From contig CBDFLJ010000002.1 in NCBI GenBank assembly GCA_965248835.1, positions 256,001-320,000 of the forward strand: DNA of 64,000 nucleotides, read 5' to 3'. The notes under the pieces were generated by a model. The model saw only the letters and a program-made list of their open reading frames with translations. It did not search any database and was not told the origin of the DNA. The position numbers were made by a program, and so were the translations under genes. Below, in pieces: positions 30,759-42,168 of the stretch. Every line of letters starts with the position of its first letter. The first letter of the stretch is position 1. This DNA is from Alphaproteobacteria bacterium. GTDB taxonomy: Bacteria > Pseudomonadota > Alphaproteobacteria > MPNO01.

Positions 30759-31964
30759 ATGCCCGATGCCTATATCTGCGATGCCGTCCGCACCCCGATC
30801 GGCCGCTACGGCGGTGGGCTGAGCTCGGTGCGCCCCGACGATCTCGGGGCGGTGCCGATCGCCGCTCTGATGGAGCGCAACACGAGCGTCGACTGGGCGG
30901 CGGTCGATGACGTCTATTACGGCAACGCCAACCAGGCGGGCGAGGACAACCGCAACGTCGCCCGCATGTCGAGCCTGCTGGCCGGGCTGCCGGTCGAGGT
31001 CTCCGGCGCCACGGTGAACCGGTTGTGCGGGTCGGGTCTGGAGGCGCTCGCGCAGGCGGGGCGGTCGATCCGCACCGGCGAGGCGTCTCTGGCGGTGGCC
31101 GGCGGGGTCGAGAGCATGTCGCGCGCGCCCTTTGTGATGGGCAAGGCCGATACCGCGTTCTCGCGCAAGGCAGAGGTCTTCGACACCACCATCGGCTGGC
31201 GCTTCGTCAACCCGAAGATGGAGGCGCTCTACGGCATCGATTCGATGGGCGAGACGGCGGAGAACCTCGCCGAGGAACGCCAGATCACCCGCGAGGACCA
31301 GGACAGGTTCGCGCTGTGGAGCCAGCAGAAGGCCAAAGAAGCGCAACAGGCTGGCCGGCTCGCCGCCGAGATCGTTCCGGTCAGCATCCCCCAAAGCCGC
31401 GGCGAGCCGATCGTGGTCTCGATCGACGAGCACCCGCGCGGCGAGACCACCATGGAGACGCTTGCCAAGCTGCGCCCGGCCTTCAAGCGCGACGGCACGG
31501 TGACGGCTGGCAACGCATCGGGGGTCAACGATGGGGCCTCGGCGCTGCTCCTCGCCGAGGAGGACGCCGCCAGGCGCCACGGGCTGACCCCGCGCGGGCG
31601 GATCCTCGGTACGGCAAGCGCCGGCGTGCCGCCGCGGGTCATGGGCATCGGCCCCGCGCCCGCCACCCGTAAGGTGCTGGCGCTGGCCGGGCTCACGCTG
31701 GACGACATGGACGTGATCGAGCTCAACGAGGCCTTCGCCGCCCAGTCGCTGGCGGTGACCCGCGACCTCGGGCTCGCCGCCGACGACCCGCGGGTCAACC
31801 CAAACGGCGGCGCGATCGCGCTCGGCCACCCGCTCGGCTGCAGCGGCGCGCGGCTCGCCACGACCGCGCTCTACGAACTCGAACGCACCGGCGGCCGCTA
31901 CGCGCTGTGCACCATGTGCATCGGCGTCGGCCAGGGCATCGCCATGGTCATCGAGCGGGTCTGA
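30759..31964 (+). CDS. pcaF: 3-oxoadipyl-CoA thiolase (PcaF/PaaJ type)
   Basis: [48 protein letters not shown]. Confidence 0.9.
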   Translation: MPDAYICDAVRTPIGRYGGGLSSVRPDDLGAVPIAALMERNTSVDWAAVDDVYYGNANQAGEDNRNVARMSSLLAGLPVEVSGATVNRLCGSGLEALAQAGRSIRTGEASLAVAGGVESMSRAPFVMGKADTAFSRKAEVFDTTIGWRFVNPKMEALYGIDSMGETAENLAEERQITREDQDRFALWSQQKAKEAQQAGRLAAEIVPVSIPQSRGEPIVVSIDEHPRGETTMETLAKLRPAFKRDGTVTAGNASGVNDGASALLLAEEDAARRHGLTPRGRILGTASAGVPPRVMGIGPAPATRKVLALAGLTLDDMDVIELNEAFAAQSLAVTRDLGLAADDPRVNPNGGAIALGHPLGCSGARLATTALYELERTGGRYALCTMCIGVGQGIAMVIERV

Positions 31965-32079
31965 GCCGGTTTCGCCGGACCCGGCCGAGCGCATGCCGCC
32001 GAGTCTGCCATCCGACGGCCTTTCGGATCAGGCCTTTCGGAGTCACAATGGCGGGTGAAACATCCGTGTGAGGCAAGCG

Positions 32080-32904
32080 ATGCCCAAGATCCTGACCGAG
32101 GCCCAGATCGATCAGTTCTGGAACGAGGGCTATGTCTTCCCGCTCGATTGCTGGACGCCTGCCCAGGCGGCCGACGCACGCGCGAAGCTGGAGGCCTACG
32201 AGCGGACGCTCGACGATGACATCCACAAGCACCTGCGGGTTAAGGTGCATCTGAGCTTCATGTGGCTATGGGATCTGGCCCACAACCCCAAGATCCTCGA
32301 CGCCGTGGAGGACCTGATCGGTCCCGACATCCTGCTTTACCTGTCGACCCTGTGGTTCAAGGACGCCCATGACGGTCGTTTCGTCTCCTGGCACCAGGAT
32401 TCGGCCTATTATGGGCTCGACCCGCACGACGTGATCACGCTGTGGTTCGCGTTCACCGACTCCAATGCCGGCAACGGCTGCGTCCAGATCATCCCCGGCA
32501 GCCACAAGGAGCCGGACTATCAGCACGTCGAGACGTATGCCGCGAAAAACCTGCTGGCGCGCGGCCAGTCGATCAAGGACATCGATGAATCGAAGGCCGT
32601 CAAGCTCGAGCTCAATGCCGGCCAATTCTCGATGCATCACGAGCGTCTGATCCACGGCTCGGAGCCCAACGATTCCGACGATCGCCGGCTCGGCATGTCC
32701 TTCACCTACCTGCCCACCCGGGTGCGCTGCAACCTGCCCGACCGTACGGCGGTCCTGGTGCGCGGCAAGGACGAGTACGGTCACTGGAAGTACGACCCGG
32801 CACCCCGCCACGACCTTGACCCGGTGTGCATGGAGGTCATGCGCTATTGGATCCAGGGCTACGCCGATCCGACCGTCGCCCAGGAGGCGGCCCGAGCGGG
32901 ATGA
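32080..32904 (+). CDS. PhyH family Fe(II)/2-oxoglutarate dioxygenase
   Basis: VSWHQDSAYYG, IPGSH, NLLARGQ, IHGSEPN; close paralog of 25505-26326. Confidence 0.9.
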   Translation: MPKILTEAQIDQFWNEGYVFPLDCWTPAQAADARAKLEAYERTLDDDIHKHLRVKVHLSFMWLWDLAHNPKILDAVEDLIGPDILLYLSTLWFKDAHDGRFVSWHQDSAYYGLDPHDVITLWFAFTDSNAGNGCVQIIPGSHKEPDYQHVETYAAKNLLARGQSIKDIDESKAVKLELNAGQFSMHHERLIHGSEPNDSDDRRLGMSFTYLPTRVRCNLPDRTAVLVRGKDEYGHWKYDPAPRHDLDPVCMEVMRYWIQGYADPTVAQEAARAG

Positions 32905-32935
32905 GCCCACCCGGGCGGCGTGTCCGGAATATACG

Positions 32936-33388
32936 CTAAGGCAGCCCGTCCAGATCGGCGAGCACCTGGTCGGGGTGGTCGGCCGGCTTCACGCTGTCAT
33001 AGGCGCGTGCGACCTTGCGGTCGGGGCCGATCAGCACTGATTTGCGCGGCGCGCGCGCGGCATCGGACTCCGCAACCCCGTAGGCGACCGTCGCCCAATG
33101 GTCCTGATCGCTCAGCAGGTCATAGGGGAAGCTGAACTTCTCCCGGAACTTGCGGTTGGTTTCGGGCGTGTCGTAGCTGACGCCGAGGATGACGGTGTCG
33201 CGCTTGGCAAAATCCTGGATTCGATCACGGAACCCCTGGCCTTCGCTGGTTCACCCCGGTGTGTCGGCCTTGGGGTACCACCATAGCAGGACATATCTGC
33301 CGGCAAAATCATCGAGCGAGACCGTGGCACCGTCCTGGTTGGTCAGCGAAAAGGCCGGTGCGTCGCTGCCGGCTTCGATCAAGGACAT
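32936..33388 (-). CDS. bcp: BCP/PrxQ-type peroxiredoxin with selenocysteine at the peroxidatic position (150 aa; not in ORF track)
   Basis: SD AAAGGAGGT, then MSLIEAGSDAPAFSLTNQDGATVSLDDFAGRYVLLWWYPKADTPG-TGA(33251-53)-TSEGQGFRD...ILGVSYD..NRKFREKFSFPYDLLSD..RKSVLIGPD..VKPADH..TAG; Prx homology on both sides of the UGA. Confidence 0.9.
33217..33235 (-). promoter_or_regulatory. Bacterial SECIS-like hairpin
   Basis: Minus strand GGGTTC-CGTGATC-GAATCC, starting 16 nt after the UGA; shares the TC-CGTG..C-GA core with the 24997 hairpin. Confidence 0.65.
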
Positions 33389-33459
33389 CGAACCTCCTTT
33401 GCATCATTGCCGCGGGGGGTGCGGCGGGGGCCGCGCAGCTTAGCCCAAATTCACCGACC

Positions 33460-33492
33460 CGCCACCTGATCGCCAGCTTGTCGCCAGCCTGG
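33460..33492. repeat. Three 11-bp-period direct repeats in a divergent promoter region
   Basis: CGCCACCTGAT / CGCCAGCTTGT / CGCCAGCCTGG. Confidence 0.5.
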
Positions 33493-33607
33493 AATGGACG
33501 ACCGGACCGCGATAGGATCGCCCGGCAGCGGGACCGCCGGCTGCGTTCCGGCAAGCTCTTGATGCGCAAGAGTTATCGCCCCACCGACCAAGACCTCCAG
33601 GGATTTG

Positions 33608-34519
33608 ATGCCAGCCCTCGACCCACCTCCGCCGGTCGATCGAATCGACCTGAACATGCGCGACGGCGCGCCGATCGCGGTGCTGCGCTACGGCAACGCC
33701 GCCGGTCCGCGGCTGGTGCTGAGCCACGGCAACGGGTTCTCCACGGACGGCTACTACCCGTTCTGGCGGCTCGCGTTGGCGCGCTATGATGTCGTGCTGT
33801 TCGATATCCGCAATCACGGCCGCAACCTGCCGGCCGCCGGGCGCGATCACGACTACAAGGCGCTCATCGCCGATTTCGAGGAGATCCATCGCGCGGTCGC
33901 CGCGCGCTGGGGCGCCAAGACGACCATCGGGATCTTTCATTCGATGTCGGCCCTGACCGCGCTGCGCTCGGCGGTGAGCGGAACCTGGCATTGGGACGCG
34001 CTGGTGCTGTTCGACCCGCCGGTCATGCCGCCGCCCGGCCATCGCGCGTTCGACGCGATGGACCGGGAGGGCCGCCAGATCTCGGAGATCGCGGCCGGTC
34101 GGGCCGAGCGGTTCGCCGATCCGGCCGACCTGGCCAGGCTCTACGCCCGCCGGTTCCCGGCCTGGGTGCCGGGCGCGGCCGAACTGGTCGCCCGGGCGGT
34201 CCTGCGCCGTGACGAGGCTGCCGGAGACTGGCTGCTGGCCTGCCCGAGGGCGCTGGAGTCGAAGATGTATCTGGCCAACCGGACGTTGGACATGTGGCCG
34301 CGGGCCGGCGATCTCGCGCGGCCCGCCATCCTGATCTGCGCCGACCCGGAGGCCGATGGCGCCGAGGCGGTGGCGATGTCCTGCGCCGCGCTGCACCAGG
34401 ACGGCGGCATGCGCTATGCGACCATCCCGGGCACCGGCCATTTCCTCCAACTCGAACGTCCGGAGGAATGCTACCGCATCATCCGCAGTTTCCTGGTCGA
34501 GACGGGTCTCGAGACGTGA
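33608..34519 (+). CDS. Alpha/beta hydrolase
   Basis: LSHGNGF, FDIRNHG, GIFHSMSA elbow, GTGHFLQLERP. Confidence 0.85.
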   Translation: MPALDPPPPVDRIDLNMRDGAPIAVLRYGNAAGPRLVLSHGNGFSTDGYYPFWRLALARYDVVLFDIRNHGRNLPAAGRDHDYKALIADFEEIHRAVAARWGAKTTIGIFHSMSALTALRSAVSGTWHWDALVLFDPPVMPPPGHRAFDAMDREGRQISEIAAGRAERFADPADLARLYARRFPAWVPGAAELVARAVLRRDEAAGDWLLACPRALESKMYLANRTLDMWPRAGDLARPAILICADPEADGAEAVAMSCAALHQDGGMRYATIPGTGHFLQLERPEECYRIIRSFLVETGLET

Positions 34520-35442
34520 CCGCCGCGCGGGTCTTTACCGTCCCCGCGCCGCGCCAGCGCCACGATGCGGTCATGGAGGACGGCGCGGTCATCACCTTGC
34601 GGCGCCACGGCAACCCGGACGGGCCGCGGCTGATGCTCGCCCACGGCAACGGGTTCGCAATCGATGCCTATTACCCGTTCTGGCGCCTCCTTGCGGGCGG
34701 CTGGGATCTGGTGATCTACGACCAGCGGAACCACGGCTGGAACCCGCTCCATGACGCCGCCCGGCACGACCTGAAGCGCTTCGTCGCAGACCTCGACCGG
34801 CTGCGCACGGTCGTCGACGACCGGTTCGGCGCCAAGCCGACCGTCGGGGTCTTCCATTCGATCTCCGCGATCACCGCGATCTGGCACGCGCTGGACTGCG
34901 GCTGGCGGTGGAACGGTCTGGCGCTGTTCGATCCGCCGCTGATCCCGAGCCCCGGACATCCCCTGCACGAGGACGCAAGAGGGTTCGAACTCGGCCTGGC
35001 CCAATGGGCGGCGAGCCGTCCGGACCGGTTCGTCGATGTCGCGAGCCTCGCCGCGCGGTTCGCGGCATCCAGGAGCCTGTCCGGCTGGGTGAGGGGCGCT
35101 CACGAGCTGATGGCGCGCGCGATCACCCGCGAGGACCCGGCGACGGGCGAGCGTGTGCTGTGCTGCCCGCGCGAGGGCGAATCCCGGGTCTATGCGACCA
35201 ATGCCGGGCTCGATCTGTGCCCGCGCCTGGGCGGACTCGCCGGCCCGGTCATGCTGATCGGCAGCGACCCCGAGGCGCCCCGCGCCCTGGCTCCGGGCCG
35301 GGTCAACCGCGCGATGCATGCCGAGCACGGGCTCGACTGGACGCCGATCGCCGGTACCTCGCACATGCTCCAGGTCGAACGCCCAGAGGCGTGCGCGGAT
35401 GCGCTGAAGGCCTTCCTCGAGCGGCTGGGCCTCGGCCGCTGA
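34516..35442 (+). CDS. Alpha/beta hydrolase (tandem paralog)
   Basis: GTGA overlap; AHGNGF, YDQRNHG, GVFHSISA, GTSHMLQVERP. Confidence 0.85.
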   Translation: MTAARVFTVPAPRQRHDAVMEDGAVITLRRHGNPDGPRLMLAHGNGFAIDAYYPFWRLLAGGWDLVIYDQRNHGWNPLHDAARHDLKRFVADLDRLRTVVDDRFGAKPTVGVFHSISAITAIWHALDCGWRWNGLALFDPPLIPSPGHPLHEDARGFELGLAQWAASRPDRFVDVASLAARFAASRSLSGWVRGAHELMARAITREDPATGERVLCCPREGESRVYATNAGLDLCPRLGGLAGPVMLIGSDPEAPRALAPGRVNRAMHAEHGLDWTPIAGTSHMLQVERPEACADALKAFLERLGLGR

Positions 35443-35502
35443 TCGCCTCGTCCTCGACCGGAAGTGCCCGTTGCGACAGGTCCGAGGCGGGCCGCGGCCG
35501 CG

Positions 35503-36045
35503 TCAGGACGCGCGCTGTGGTCCCATCCGGTTGATCGCGCCGGTCTCCACGTTGAAGGCGATCCGGCCAATCTCGTCGAGGTTGGTGCCGGTGACCCGGA
35601 TGAACCGCGCGTTCTCGGGGTAGTCGATCGAATGGATCTTGCCGTCGGCGTAGATGCCGGCCTTGCCGGGGGTAAGGCGGTAGGACGTTTCGGGACGGAC
35701 CTCGCCCCTGCCGGGATCGGTTCCGTCGTCGATACGCTCCCACTCGATCATGTCGGTGTAGCCCGCCGCCTGGCCGTAAATCGCCCAGGACGCTCCGTGA
35801 TCGTGCGGCGGCGATGTGCGGGCCTGGGCATTGATATGTGCCAGCACCTGAAAGCCGAGCTCGGGATCGTCGTAGAGGACGTGGACGCCGCGCTCGGTGT
35901 CGGGGCCGCAATAAGCCTCGATGAAGGCGGGCTCGGACAGCAGCCGTTCGAGGTCGTGCCGAACCCGATCGCGCCCGTCCGGACCCGGATCGGCCTTGAG
36001 ATGATTTTGGCTATCGGTGCAGAACTGTTCCAGCGTGTAGGCCAT
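35503..36045 (-). CDS. Cupin / cysteine-dioxygenase-like protein
   Basis: SPPHDHGASWAIYG and IHSI cupin His motifs. Confidence 0.75.
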   Translation of the reverse strand: MAYTLEQFCTDSQNHLKADPGPDGRDRVRHDLERLLSEPAFIEAYCGPDTERGVHVLYDDPELGFQVLAHINAQARTSPPHDHGASWAIYGQAAGYTDMIEWERIDDGTDPGRGEVRPETSYRLTPGKAGIYADGKIHSIDYPENARFIRVTGTNLDEIGRIAFNVETGAINRMGPQRAS

Positions 36046-36140
36046 GTCGAATTTCCTGTGACCTGGAATTGGGTGGCACTGATATCTTTGCACAGCCATC
36101 CCGGCTGCGCCACTGCCGCCGACCCTGCCGAGGCGTCGCC

Positions 36141-37399
36141 ATGACCCGAGCCAAGCCCCGCGCGATCGTCGCCTGGTGCCTCTACGACTGGGCGAACTCG
36201 GGCTTTCCGACGGTCATTGTCACGTTTGTGTTCTCGGCCTATTTCGCGCGCGCCGTCGCGGCCGATATGACATCGGGGACTGCGCTGTGGGGCTACGCGC
36301 TGGCAGTCTCGGGTATCCTGATCGCAATTGCGAGCCCTGCCTTCGGAGCAATCGCCGATCAGGCCGGGCGCCGCAAGCCCTGGCTGGCTGGGTTCTCGGC
36401 GATCACTATCGGTGCAAGCGCGCTGTTGTGGTTTGCCGGTCCCGATCCCGCCTTCATCGTCTGGGCGCTGACGTGCTTCGTTCTGGCCAACGCGGCCTTC
36501 GAGATCGCCGGTGTGTTCTACAACGCCATGCTGGCCGATATCGCGCCGCCGGACCGGATCGGGCGGGTGTCGGGCTGGGGCTGGGGGCTGGGCTATGCCG
36601 GCGGGCTGGTCTGCCTGGCTGCCGTCCTGGTCCTGTTCGTCCAGGCCGAACGGCCGCTCTTCGGGCTCGACAAGGACGCCGCCGAGCACGTCCGGGTGGT
36701 CGGGCCGATGGTCGCGCTGTGGTTCGCGGTCTTCGCGCTGCCGCTGTTCCTCCTGACGCCGGATCGCCCGGCCAAGCCGATCGGCCTCGCACGCGCCGCG
36801 CGCCAGGGAATTCGGACGCTGATCGAGACGTTGCGGGCGGTGCGCGCGCACCGCAACATCGCCCGTTTCCTCGCCGCCCGGCTGTTCTACGTCGATGGCA
36901 TGAACACGATGTTCGCCTTCGGCGGCATCTATGCCGCGGGCACCTTCGGCATGTCGATCGAGGAGATCATCCAGTTCGGCATCGCGCTCAACGTCACCGC
37001 CGGGCTGGGGGCGGCAGCCTTCGCCTGGATCGACGACCTGATCGGGCCCAAGCGCACCATACAGATCGCCTTGATCGGGCTGATGGCGCTGGGGGTCCCG
37101 TTGCTCCTGGTGGAGTCCAAGACCGCGTTCTGGATCCTCGCCCTGCCGCTGGGGATCTTCATGGGCCCGGCGCAGGCGGCCAGCCGATCGATGATGGCGC
37201 ACCTGGCCCCGGCCGAGCTCCGGACCGAAATGTTCGGCCTGTTCGCCTTCTCCGGCAAGATCACAGCCTTTCTCGGCCCCGCTGTGCTCGCCTGGGTGAC
37301 GCTCGCCCTGGAGTCCCAGCGTGCCGGCATGGCGAGTATCATCGTCTTCCTCGCCGGCGGTTTCATCATCCTGTGGGGGGTGCGCCCGCCGACCCGCGC

Positions 37400-37406
<7 letters not shown>
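36141..37406 (+). CDS. MFS transporter, UMF1/Atg22-like family
   Basis: [42 protein letters not shown]. Confidence 0.9.
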
Positions 37407-38992
<1,586 letters not shown>

Positions 38993-39099
38993 GGTCGATC
39001 CCTCACGATTGCGACGTCATAAAAGCTCCGATCTGCCGTCATGTGACGGTTTCGCCCGCACGGCGGTCCTGGCGCAAGTTCCGAACACGCCCGACCGGT

Positions 39100-40059
39100 T
39101 CAATCGAACGGGTAGACGCCGGGTTCGGGGACTGCATTGTCCTCGATCCCGTCGATCGCGGCGTGGGCCAGAGCAAGCCTCGCCTCGATCGCGCTGCCGG
39201 CGATGTGCGGCGTGGCGATGAAGTTCGCCAGGCCGAAAAGGGTCGGCTCGAACCTCGGCTCGACCGCGAAGACATCGAAGGCCGCGCCCGCGATCCGGCC
39301 CGACTCGAGCCCGGCCAGGAGAGCAGCCTCATCGACAATGCCGCCGCGTGCGGTGTTGATCAGCAGCACGCCCGGCCGCAGCCGTTCCACGACCGAGCGC
39401 TCGTAGAGCCCCTTGGTGGTGGAATTGAGCGGCAGATGGAGGCTCAGGATCTCCGCCTCCCGCCACAGGGTTGAGGGGTCGACCTGGGTGAGGTTGTTGC
39501 GCCGCAAATAGGAGCCCAGATCCACCCTGTCGCAGACCAGGACCCGGGCGCCGAAGGGCTGCAGCAGCGATACCAGCTCTTGGCCGATATTGCCGCAGCC
39601 ATGGATGCCGACGGTGCGGCCCTGCAGCAGCCGGCCGGTCCGCTGGCTCGGCCAGTCGCCGCCGCGCAGCGCGATGTTGTAGGCATTCGTGCCGCGCAAC
39701 AGGTCGATCATCAACCCGAGCGTCAGCTCGGCGACCGAGCGCTTGTTGACGCCGGCCCGCCAGCCCAGCCGGATTCCGTGGCGGGCCAGCACATCCGGCT
39801 CGATATGATCGACGCCCACCGAGCAGCAGCTTATCACCCGAAGGTCCGGCAGGCGCCCCACCACCTCCTCGGAGAAGCGCTCCAGCCCGATCACCGCGGC
39901 CTCGGCGTCGGCGACGAAATCCACCAGCCGATCCGCGTCCTCGAAGACGATCTCATCGTCGTTGAAACGGATCTCGGCGTCGGGGTAGCGCGCGATCAGC
40001 GACCGGCGCGCTTCGGCCAGCTTCGGCAGCGACCGGTTGGTGACCGCGATCCTGCGCAT
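39100..40059 (-). CDS. D-isomer-specific 2-hydroxyacid (phosphoglycerate-like) dehydrogenase
   Basis: VGIHGCGNIG, LINTARGGIVDE, FDVFAVEP, TPHIAG. Confidence 0.9.
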   Translation of the reverse strand: MRRIAVTNRSLPKLAEARRSLIARYPDAEIRFNDDEIVFEDADRLVDFVADAEAAVIGLERFSEEVVGRLPDLRVISCCSVGVDHIEPDVLARHGIRLGWRAGVNKRSVAELTLGLMIDLLRGTNAYNIALRGGDWPSQRTGRLLQGRTVGIHGCGNIGQELVSLLQPFGARVLVCDRVDLGSYLRRNNLTQVDPSTLWREAEILSLHLPLNSTTKGLYERSVVERLRPGVLLINTARGGIVDEAALLAGLESGRIAGAAFDVFAVEPRFEPTLFGLANFIATPHIAGSAIEARLALAHAAIDGIEDNAVPEPGVYPFD

Positions 40060-40093
40060 GATTCCGTCGGGGTTGTGGGCGTCTGGCGCCGCT

Positions 40094-40594
40094 CTAGACG
40101 GGCTGCCCGCGCGCGTCAAGCAGACGTTCGGCAAACTCGCGCACCGCACCCTCGCCGCCGCGTCGCGCAGTGACGATCCGGGCGGCGGCCCGTACCGCGG
40201 GCACCGCGTCCCGGACTGCGGCAGGCAGCGCCACGCGGGCCAGGACCGGCAGGTCATTGAGGTCATCGCCCATGTGGGAGACGGCATCGAGTCCGATGCC
40301 GAGCCCGCCGCACAGTTCTTCAAGCGCTGCCAACTTATCCGCCACGCCGGTCAGGCAGTGGCCAACGCCCAGATCCCCGGCCCGCCGGTCAATCGCCGCA
40401 GTCTTGCTGCCGGAGATGAAAGCGACCGCGATCCCGGCGCCCATCAGCATCTTGATGCCGACCCCGTCGCGGACGTGAAAGGCCCGGAGCTGGCCGCCGT
40501 CCTCGCCGTAGTAGAGCCGTCCGTCGGTCATCACGCCGTCGCAATCGAGGCTCACCAGACGGATCGAGCGGGCGATGGCGCGCAGATCCTCCAT
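40094..40594 (-). CDS. kdsC: KDO-8-phosphate phosphatase-like HAD phosphatase
   Basis: DCDGVMTDG, FHVRDG, MGDDLND, GGEGAVRE. Confidence 0.88.
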   Translation of the reverse strand: MEDLRAIARSIRLVSLDCDGVMTDGRLYYGEDGGQLRAFHVRDGVGIKMLMGAGIAVAFISGSKTAAIDRRAGDLGVGHCLTGVADKLAALEELCGGLGIGLDAVSHMGDDLNDLPVLARVALPAAVRDAVPAVRAAARIVTARRGGEGAVREFAERLLDARGQPV

Positions 40595-40598
40595 CGCT

Positions 40599-41348
40599 TC
40601 AGCCGGCCGCGCCCGCAGCCAGCGCCGCCTCGACCCGGGCGATGTCTTCGAGGACATCCACCCCGATCGAGCCCGGCGGGACGGGAATGCAGGCGATCCG
40701 CTCGCCGTGCTCGAGCACCCGGATCAGCTCGACGCTCTCGGCCCGCTCGACCGGCCCGCGCTCCCACGCCTGGAAGCGGGCCAACGCCGCGGCGGTGAAG
40801 GCGAAGATCCCGACATGGATCGGATGCGGCGCGGATGCGGCATGCTCGACCGGGACGGCCAGGCGGGTGAACGCCATCACGCAGCCGTCGAGGCTCGGCA
40901 CCAGATGCACCACAGACCGCGCGCGTTGCTGCTCGGGCGTTGAATCCTCGAGGTAGCAGGTCGAAACGCCGATACCGTCGCTCCTGACCCGCTCGAGCGC
41001 CCGGACGACCTTGTCTATGCTCGCCGGATCGATCAGAGGCTCATCGCCCTGCACGTTGACATAGATGCCGGCCTTGCGTCGGCTCGCGACCTCACCCAGT
41101 CGATCGGTGCCGGTCGCGTGCGTGTTCGCGGTCATCTCGAAATCGATGCCGTGATCGCGGCAGACCGCTGCGATCCGCTCGTCGTCGGTTGCAACGATCG
41201 CCCTGTCGACGCGCTCGGCTTTCTCGGCCCGGCGCCAGACCCGGACGACCATCGGGACGCCGGCGATCGGCGTCAGCGGCTTGCCCGGGAACCGGGTCGA
41301 GGCGTAGCGCGCGGGAATGACGGCGAGGACCGGGATCGGTTCGGGCAC
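40599..41348 (-). CDS. kdsB: CMP-KDO synthetase-like cytidylyltransferase
   Basis: IPARYASTRFPGKPL, VATDDERI, TGTDR, NVQGDEP, GVD..ED. Confidence 0.85.
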   Translation of the reverse strand: MPEPIPVLAVIPARYASTRFPGKPLTPIAGVPMVVRVWRRAEKAERVDRAIVATDDERIAAVCRDHGIDFEMTANTHATGTDRLGEVASRRKAGIYVNVQGDEPLIDPASIDKVVRALERVRSDGIGVSTCYLEDSTPEQQRARSVVHLVPSLDGCVMAFTRLAVPVEHAASAPHPIHVGIFAFTAAALARFQAWERGPVERAESVELIRVLEHGERIACIPVPPGSIGVDVLEDIARVEAALAAGAAG

Positions 41349-41436
41349 GGGCAGGTCTCTCCAGGCGGCGCGATCCTAGATGATCGTCCATCGCCGGTAT
41401 AGATTGCCCGCAATCGTCGAACGGGAGCCGCCCAAA

Positions 41437-42168
41437 GTGAGCCGGACCGCAACCAGGCCGGTCGAGACCGTGGTCTTCGACCTCGACGGCACGCTGGTCC
41501 ACAGCCTGCCGGACATCCATGTCGCGGTGAACGCCGCCCTGGTCGAGGCGGGGCGGCGGACCCTTGTGGAGTCGGAAACGCGCACGATGATCGGATGCGG
41601 TGCGCGTGCGCTGATCGCCGATGCGCTCGATGCGACCGGCCGCGCCGGCACCGAGCCGGAGGTCGATGCCTGCTTCGCCCGGTTCATTGCGGCCTACGAG
41701 GCGAGCCCGGCCGCCTACAGCCGGCCCTATGACGGCGTGCTCGCCTGCCTTGAGGGCTTTGCGGCGCGCGGCCTGAACCTTGCGGTCTGCACCAACAAGC
41801 CCGAAGTGCTGACCCATCGGATTCTCGCCAGGCTCGGCCTTGCCCGGTTCTTCGCCGGCGTGGTTGCCGGCGACACGCTGGCGGCCAGGAAACCCGATGC
41901 GGCGCCGGTCTTCGAGGCTGTGGCGCGCGCCGGCGGACGGGCCGAGTCCGCGGTCCTGGTCGGTGACAGTGCAACCGACGAGGCTGCGGCGAGAGCCGCG
42001 GGCCTGCCGTTCATCGCGGTCAGTTTCGGCTACAGTCGGGTGCCTGCGGCAAGCCTCGGCGCCGATGTCCTGATCGACCGGTTCGACGCGCTGCCTGCCG
42101 CGATCGACCGGCTCGCCGGTTTCGCTCGCCCACTCGCTGCCGAGGACGTTCGGAGTTTCGATGCCTGA
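41437..42168 (+). CDS. gph: Phosphoglycolate phosphatase (HAD)
   Basis: VFDLDGTLV, CTNKP, RKPD, VGDS..D..AA, FGY; SD GGGAG before GTG. Confidence 0.85.
   Translation: MSRTATRPVETVVFDLDGTLVHSLPDIHVAVNAALVEAGRRTLVESETRTMIGCGARALIADALDATGRAGTEPEVDACFARFIAAYEASPAAYSRPYDGVLACLEGFAARGLNLAVCTNKPEVLTHRILARLGLARFFAGVVAGDTLAARKPDAAPVFEAVARAGGRAESAVLVGDSATDEAAARAAGLPFIAVSFGYSRVPAASLGADVLIDRFDALPAAIDRLAGFARPLAAEDVRSFDA

Noticed and set aside
32017-32041. GGCCTTTCGGA direct repeat (x2) upstream of the second PhyH gene
   Set aside because: Only two copies, no support for function; not CRISPR-like
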